From NCBI GenBank assembly GCA_964419405.1, contig CAYQPI010000075.1, forward strand, positions 16,958 through 80,957: a stretch of 64,000 nucleotides of DNA, read 5' to 3'. The stretch comes from an uncultured Flavobacteriaceae bacterium. GTDB taxonomy: Bacteria; Bacteroidota; Bacteroidia; Flavobacteriales; Flavobacteriaceae. Made by a program: the position numbers and the translations under genes. Positions 61,187 through 64,000 of this stretch are shown in pieces. The notes beneath the pieces are model-generated. The model saw only the letters and a list, made by a program, of their open reading frames with translations, was not told the DNA's origin and ran no database searches. The first letter of the stretch is position 1, and the number at the start of each line of letters is the position of its first letter.

Positions 61187-62248
61187 CTATTGCTCGTCAA
61201 ATGAAAAGTTGTTGTAGAAGCTTTCCCATGCCCAGAACAAGGCAAAGAAAGCAGTATGAGACTGTAATTGTTCTCCTTTTCGCGGTCCGCTAGTTGCTAC
61301 CCCGAAAACATCCCATTCGTTATCGTCACTATCTTTCATTACGATGGGAAACCTATTTTGAATCGCTTCAAAACTTGCATTTGAATCATTGATATAAGAA
61401 GTGATATAGTGATCACTTTTATTCCCGATAACCAGGGTTCTTTCACCGTTGAAGATGATTGTTTTTAAGGTTGTTTGATTTCCAAAATCATCATAGTGAT
61501 ATATAAAAACCTCCGTTGATTTGCTGTCATCAGATCCGAGCACATGGGGTTGTTTAGAGGTTGCGATCATACCATATACCAGATCTCCGGATTTGACATC
61601 TGATTTTTGCTGAACAGAATTTAAAGTACTTGTTTCAACACTTGCCAAGGTGAATACTTCTGCCTCCGGAAAATTCTCTCTGACAGTCTTCCATGTCATT
61701 TCCACAAAATTGTAGGTATTATTAAATTCACCTGAGTAGGGCCCTTTAATACATTGTCCTAACATCTGAGACCAGTAGGTATCGCTTTTTTCATCTTTCA
61801 GTATTACGTTGTCAAAAAGCAAATAGCCCGATGCTCTTAGAACAAATTCTTCATTTTGATAAGACCTGTTAATAAGTAAGGCACTTTGGGTAAGAGGGCA
61901 ATAGGTCAATGCAAACTTTTTATCATTTATTTGATCGTTGACAGATTCGAAGGTATTTAGAAAATTATAAGGATAAATTTTGATTTCCCCATCTATATTG
62001 ACTGCAGCAACCAAGGTCATGTCAAAGATGAAGTTCACATCTTTGACTTTTACAAGATTCGGATCTTTTGCCAAAGGAAAGGGATTATCAGAACCGTTGA
62101 TCAATGCTTCAGGAACGGTCCAATCAAAGTTTTTAACTGCCGGTTCTAAATTTCCACCTTGACTAACCGCATCAGAAATATCACCTGAACCGCCACTGCA
62201 GGACATAAGAATGCCCAGTAAAATTATCGATATTGGTAGATACTTCAT
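61187..62248 (-). CDS. DUF3179-family lipoprotein
   Basis: Lipobox LMSC; TYCPLT, SGYL, TYWSQMLG..IKGP and FWAWESF motifs. Confidence 0.8.
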   Translation of the reverse strand: MKYLPISIILLGILMSCSGGSGDISDAVSQGGNLEPAVKNFDWTVPEALINGSDNPFPLAKDPNLVKVKDVNFIFDMTLVAAVNIDGEIKIYPYNFLNTFESVNDQINDKKFALTYCPLTQSALLINRSYQNEEFVLRASGYLLFDNVILKDEKSDTYWSQMLGQCIKGPYSGEFNNTYNFVEMTWKTVRENFPEAEVFTLASVETSTLNSVQQKSDVKSGDLVYGMIATSKQPHVLGSDDSKSTEVFIYHYDDFGNQTTLKTIIFNGERTLVIGNKSDHYITSYINDSNASFEAIQNRFPIVMKDSDDNEWDVFGVATSGPRKGEQLQSHTAFFALFWAWESFYNNFSFDEQ

Positions 62249-62291
62249 CCCTATAGTTTTTGCTATAGACGATAAAATTGCTACCTACTTA

Positions 62292-62299
62292 CAAAACTA
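62292..62299 (-). promoter_or_regulatory. -7 box (TAGTTTTG) for the DUF3179-TlpA-DUF6029 operon
   Basis: Exact TAnnTTTG match 44 nt upstream of the ATG. Confidence 0.5.
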
Positions 62300-62331
62300 T
62301 TGGAAAATGACGATGCGCTCATATTAGGAAT

Positions 62332-63666
62332 CTAAAACTGTCCGGTTAGCCATTTGTAGATATCATTTCCATTGGCAAATAATAACAAAGAAATAAGTAT
62401 TATAAATCCTGTCACCTGGGCATATTCCAAAAATTTGTCACTGGGTTTTCTACCACTGATAATTTCGAAAAGTGTAAACACCACATGGCCTCCATCCAAT
62501 GCAGGGATAGGCAATAAATTCATGAAGCCTAGCATAATTGAAAGCAAGGCAGTAATGCTCCAGAATGCTTCCCAATTCCATTTGGATGGGAAAATACTAC
62601 CAATGGTAATAAAACCTCCTAATTGAGTCGCCCCTTTTTTGGTAAAGACATATTTGAACTGTCCCATATAGTCTTTCAAGGTCCAATATGCTTTTGAAAA
62701 ACCAGGACCAATGCTTTCTGCAAAGGTGTAATCTTTATGACTTACGATAAATGTGTCTTCAGTGTAGGCTTTTGGATAAACACCTAACTTTTGATCTTCA
62801 CCAGGAATGATCTCAAATGATTCTTCAAATCCGTCTCTGTCAATGCTTACTTTTATGGGCTGACCTTCTGGATTGTTCTTAATTACCGTGGTAAATTCAT
62901 TCCAATAGGTGATATCATTGTCATTCACTTTCGTAATTATATCACCCTTTGTCAGACCAGCTTCGAAGGCGGGGGTGTCAGGTAAAACACTATCAAGTAC
63001 AGCGAGAATTCTAGGAGTGAATGGATCCATATTTCCACTTTGCCACATCTGTAAGCCGATATCTTCAGGAAGATTGATAATTTGAGAGTTTCCATCTGCA
63101 TGGGTCACCTCAATATTTTGAACGTCTCTTAAGAACAAATGTTTATTGACATCCAAAACGTTCATGGGTACTTCACCATTGACTTTTTCGATTTTATCAC
63201 CATCCTTAAAACCAAGATCTTTAAATAAGTCTACCACATAAAAACCTTGTTTTACATCTTGAGGAGCCACATAGTCATCTCCCCAGGCAGCAAACATCAT
63301 GATATAAATAAAGATTCCTAAAATAAAGTTAACCGTAACTCCACCCAGCATAATTATCAGTCTTTGCCAAGCCGGTTTAGATCTAAATTCCCATGGTTGA
63401 GGTGGCTGCGCCATTTGCTCCTTGTCCATACTTTCGTCGATCATACCTGATATCTTTACATATCCTCCCAAGGGAATCCAGCCAATTCCGTAAACGGTAT
63501 CACCAATTTTTTTCTTGAACAAAGAAAATTTATAATCGAAAAAGAGATAAAACTTTTCAACCCGGGTCTTGAATAATTTAGCCGGAATAAAGTGACCGAG
63601 TTCGTGTAATACGATAAGTAAGGATAAACTCAGTAAGAATTGTGTAATTTTTATATATGTTTCCAT
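62332..63666 (-). CDS. rseP: RIP metalloprotease RseP
   Basis: HELGH, PLGGYVK, PDZ domain(s) and NLLPIPALDGG. Confidence 0.96.
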   Translation of the reverse strand: METYIKITQFLLSLSLLIVLHELGHFIPAKLFKTRVEKFYLFFDYKFSLFKKKIGDTVYGIGWIPLGGYVKISGMIDESMDKEQMAQPPQPWEFRSKPAWQRLIIMLGGVTVNFILGIFIYIMMFAAWGDDYVAPQDVKQGFYVVDLFKDLGFKDGDKIEKVNGEVPMNVLDVNKHLFLRDVQNIEVTHADGNSQIINLPEDIGLQMWQSGNMDPFTPRILAVLDSVLPDTPAFEAGLTKGDIITKVNDNDITYWNEFTTVIKNNPEGQPIKVSIDRDGFEESFEIIPGEDQKLGVYPKAYTEDTFIVSHKDYTFAESIGPGFSKAYWTLKDYMGQFKYVFTKKGATQLGGFITIGSIFPSKWNWEAFWSITALLSIMLGFMNLLPIPALDGGHVVFTLFEIISGRKPSDKFLEYAQVTGFIILISLLLFANGNDIYKWLTGQF

Positions 63667-63693
63667 TGATAAATTTCAAAATTTTCAGGACGA

Positions 63694-63701
63694 CAAATGT
63701 A
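63694..63701 (-). promoter_or_regulatory. -7 box (TACATTTG) for rseP
   Basis: Exact TAnnTTTG match. Confidence 0.6.
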
Positions 63702-63755
63702 CACTTTATGCACTGTAATAAGAAATGAGTTTTCTGAAAATACTTGTTAAAACGA

Positions 63756-63998
63756 TTATTTTTTTAAAATAGTCTTATGAAGTGTGCCTTGATCTGTATC
63801 AATGACGACTAAATGGGCCCCAAAATCTAATTTCTCAATATTAATTTGATATCCGGGGTCAGTTATTTCCATCATTTTTTCACCAAGAACATTGTAAACA
63901 GTTACTTTTTTTATCTTGAGAATACCTTGAGTAGCTATGTTTAGCGATTCACTTACTGGGTTTGGAAAAATGGAGACCATGTTTTGAAGGCTTTCAGT
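63756..63998 (-). CDS. C-terminal T9SS sorting domain of a secreted protein (truncated by the window edge)
   Basis: IFPNP..YNVLG..KTILKK; the frame stays open to the window end. Confidence 0.85.
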   Translation of the reverse strand, partial: TESLQNMVSIFPNPVSESLNIATQGILKIKKVTVYNVLGEKMMEITDPGYQINIEKLDFGAHLVVIDTDQGTLHKTILKK

Positions 63999-64000
63999 AT

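Noticed and set aside
60685-62248. Selenoproteins (DUF3179 and TlpA families include Sec variants)
   Set aside because: No in-frame TGA; the motifs use Cys (YCPLT, WCEPC).

Overview
AT-rich chromosomal window from a Flavobacteriaceae (Bacteroidota) bacterium. This call rests on gene content, T9SS C-terminal domains, the split atpDC operon and repeated TAnnTTTG (-7) promoter boxes. Most of it is core genome: apbE, two mltD paralogs, an 11-gene mixed arginine/proline biosynthesis operon, pabB, lpdA, dcp, purE, glnS, mgtE, rsmA, serS, ribF, atpDC, rseP, two TonB-dependent receptor modules and two tandem T9SS-secreted reprolysins. I found no rRNA, tRNA, CRISPR array or mobile element. The strongest unexplained signal is the ~380-nt region before the arg/pro operon. 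It holds two unannotated, tandem Arg-rich leader ORFs, both with RRRP and almost only CGY codons, each followed by the same short motifs. This suggests a duplicated, ribosome-mediated Arg(/Pro) attenuator in an operon with no adjacent argR. Other candidates are a MauG/MbnH-like di-heme enzyme paired with a beta-helix-cytochrome c protein, a tightly coupled DUF3179-TlpA-DUF6029 envelope redox operon, an OmpA/MotB gene split by one in-frame TAG, an alpha/beta hydrolase lacking its catalytic Ser and Asp, and an unannotated 44-aa ORF behind an ECF-type promoter. All family calls come from motif recognition; no database searches were run.
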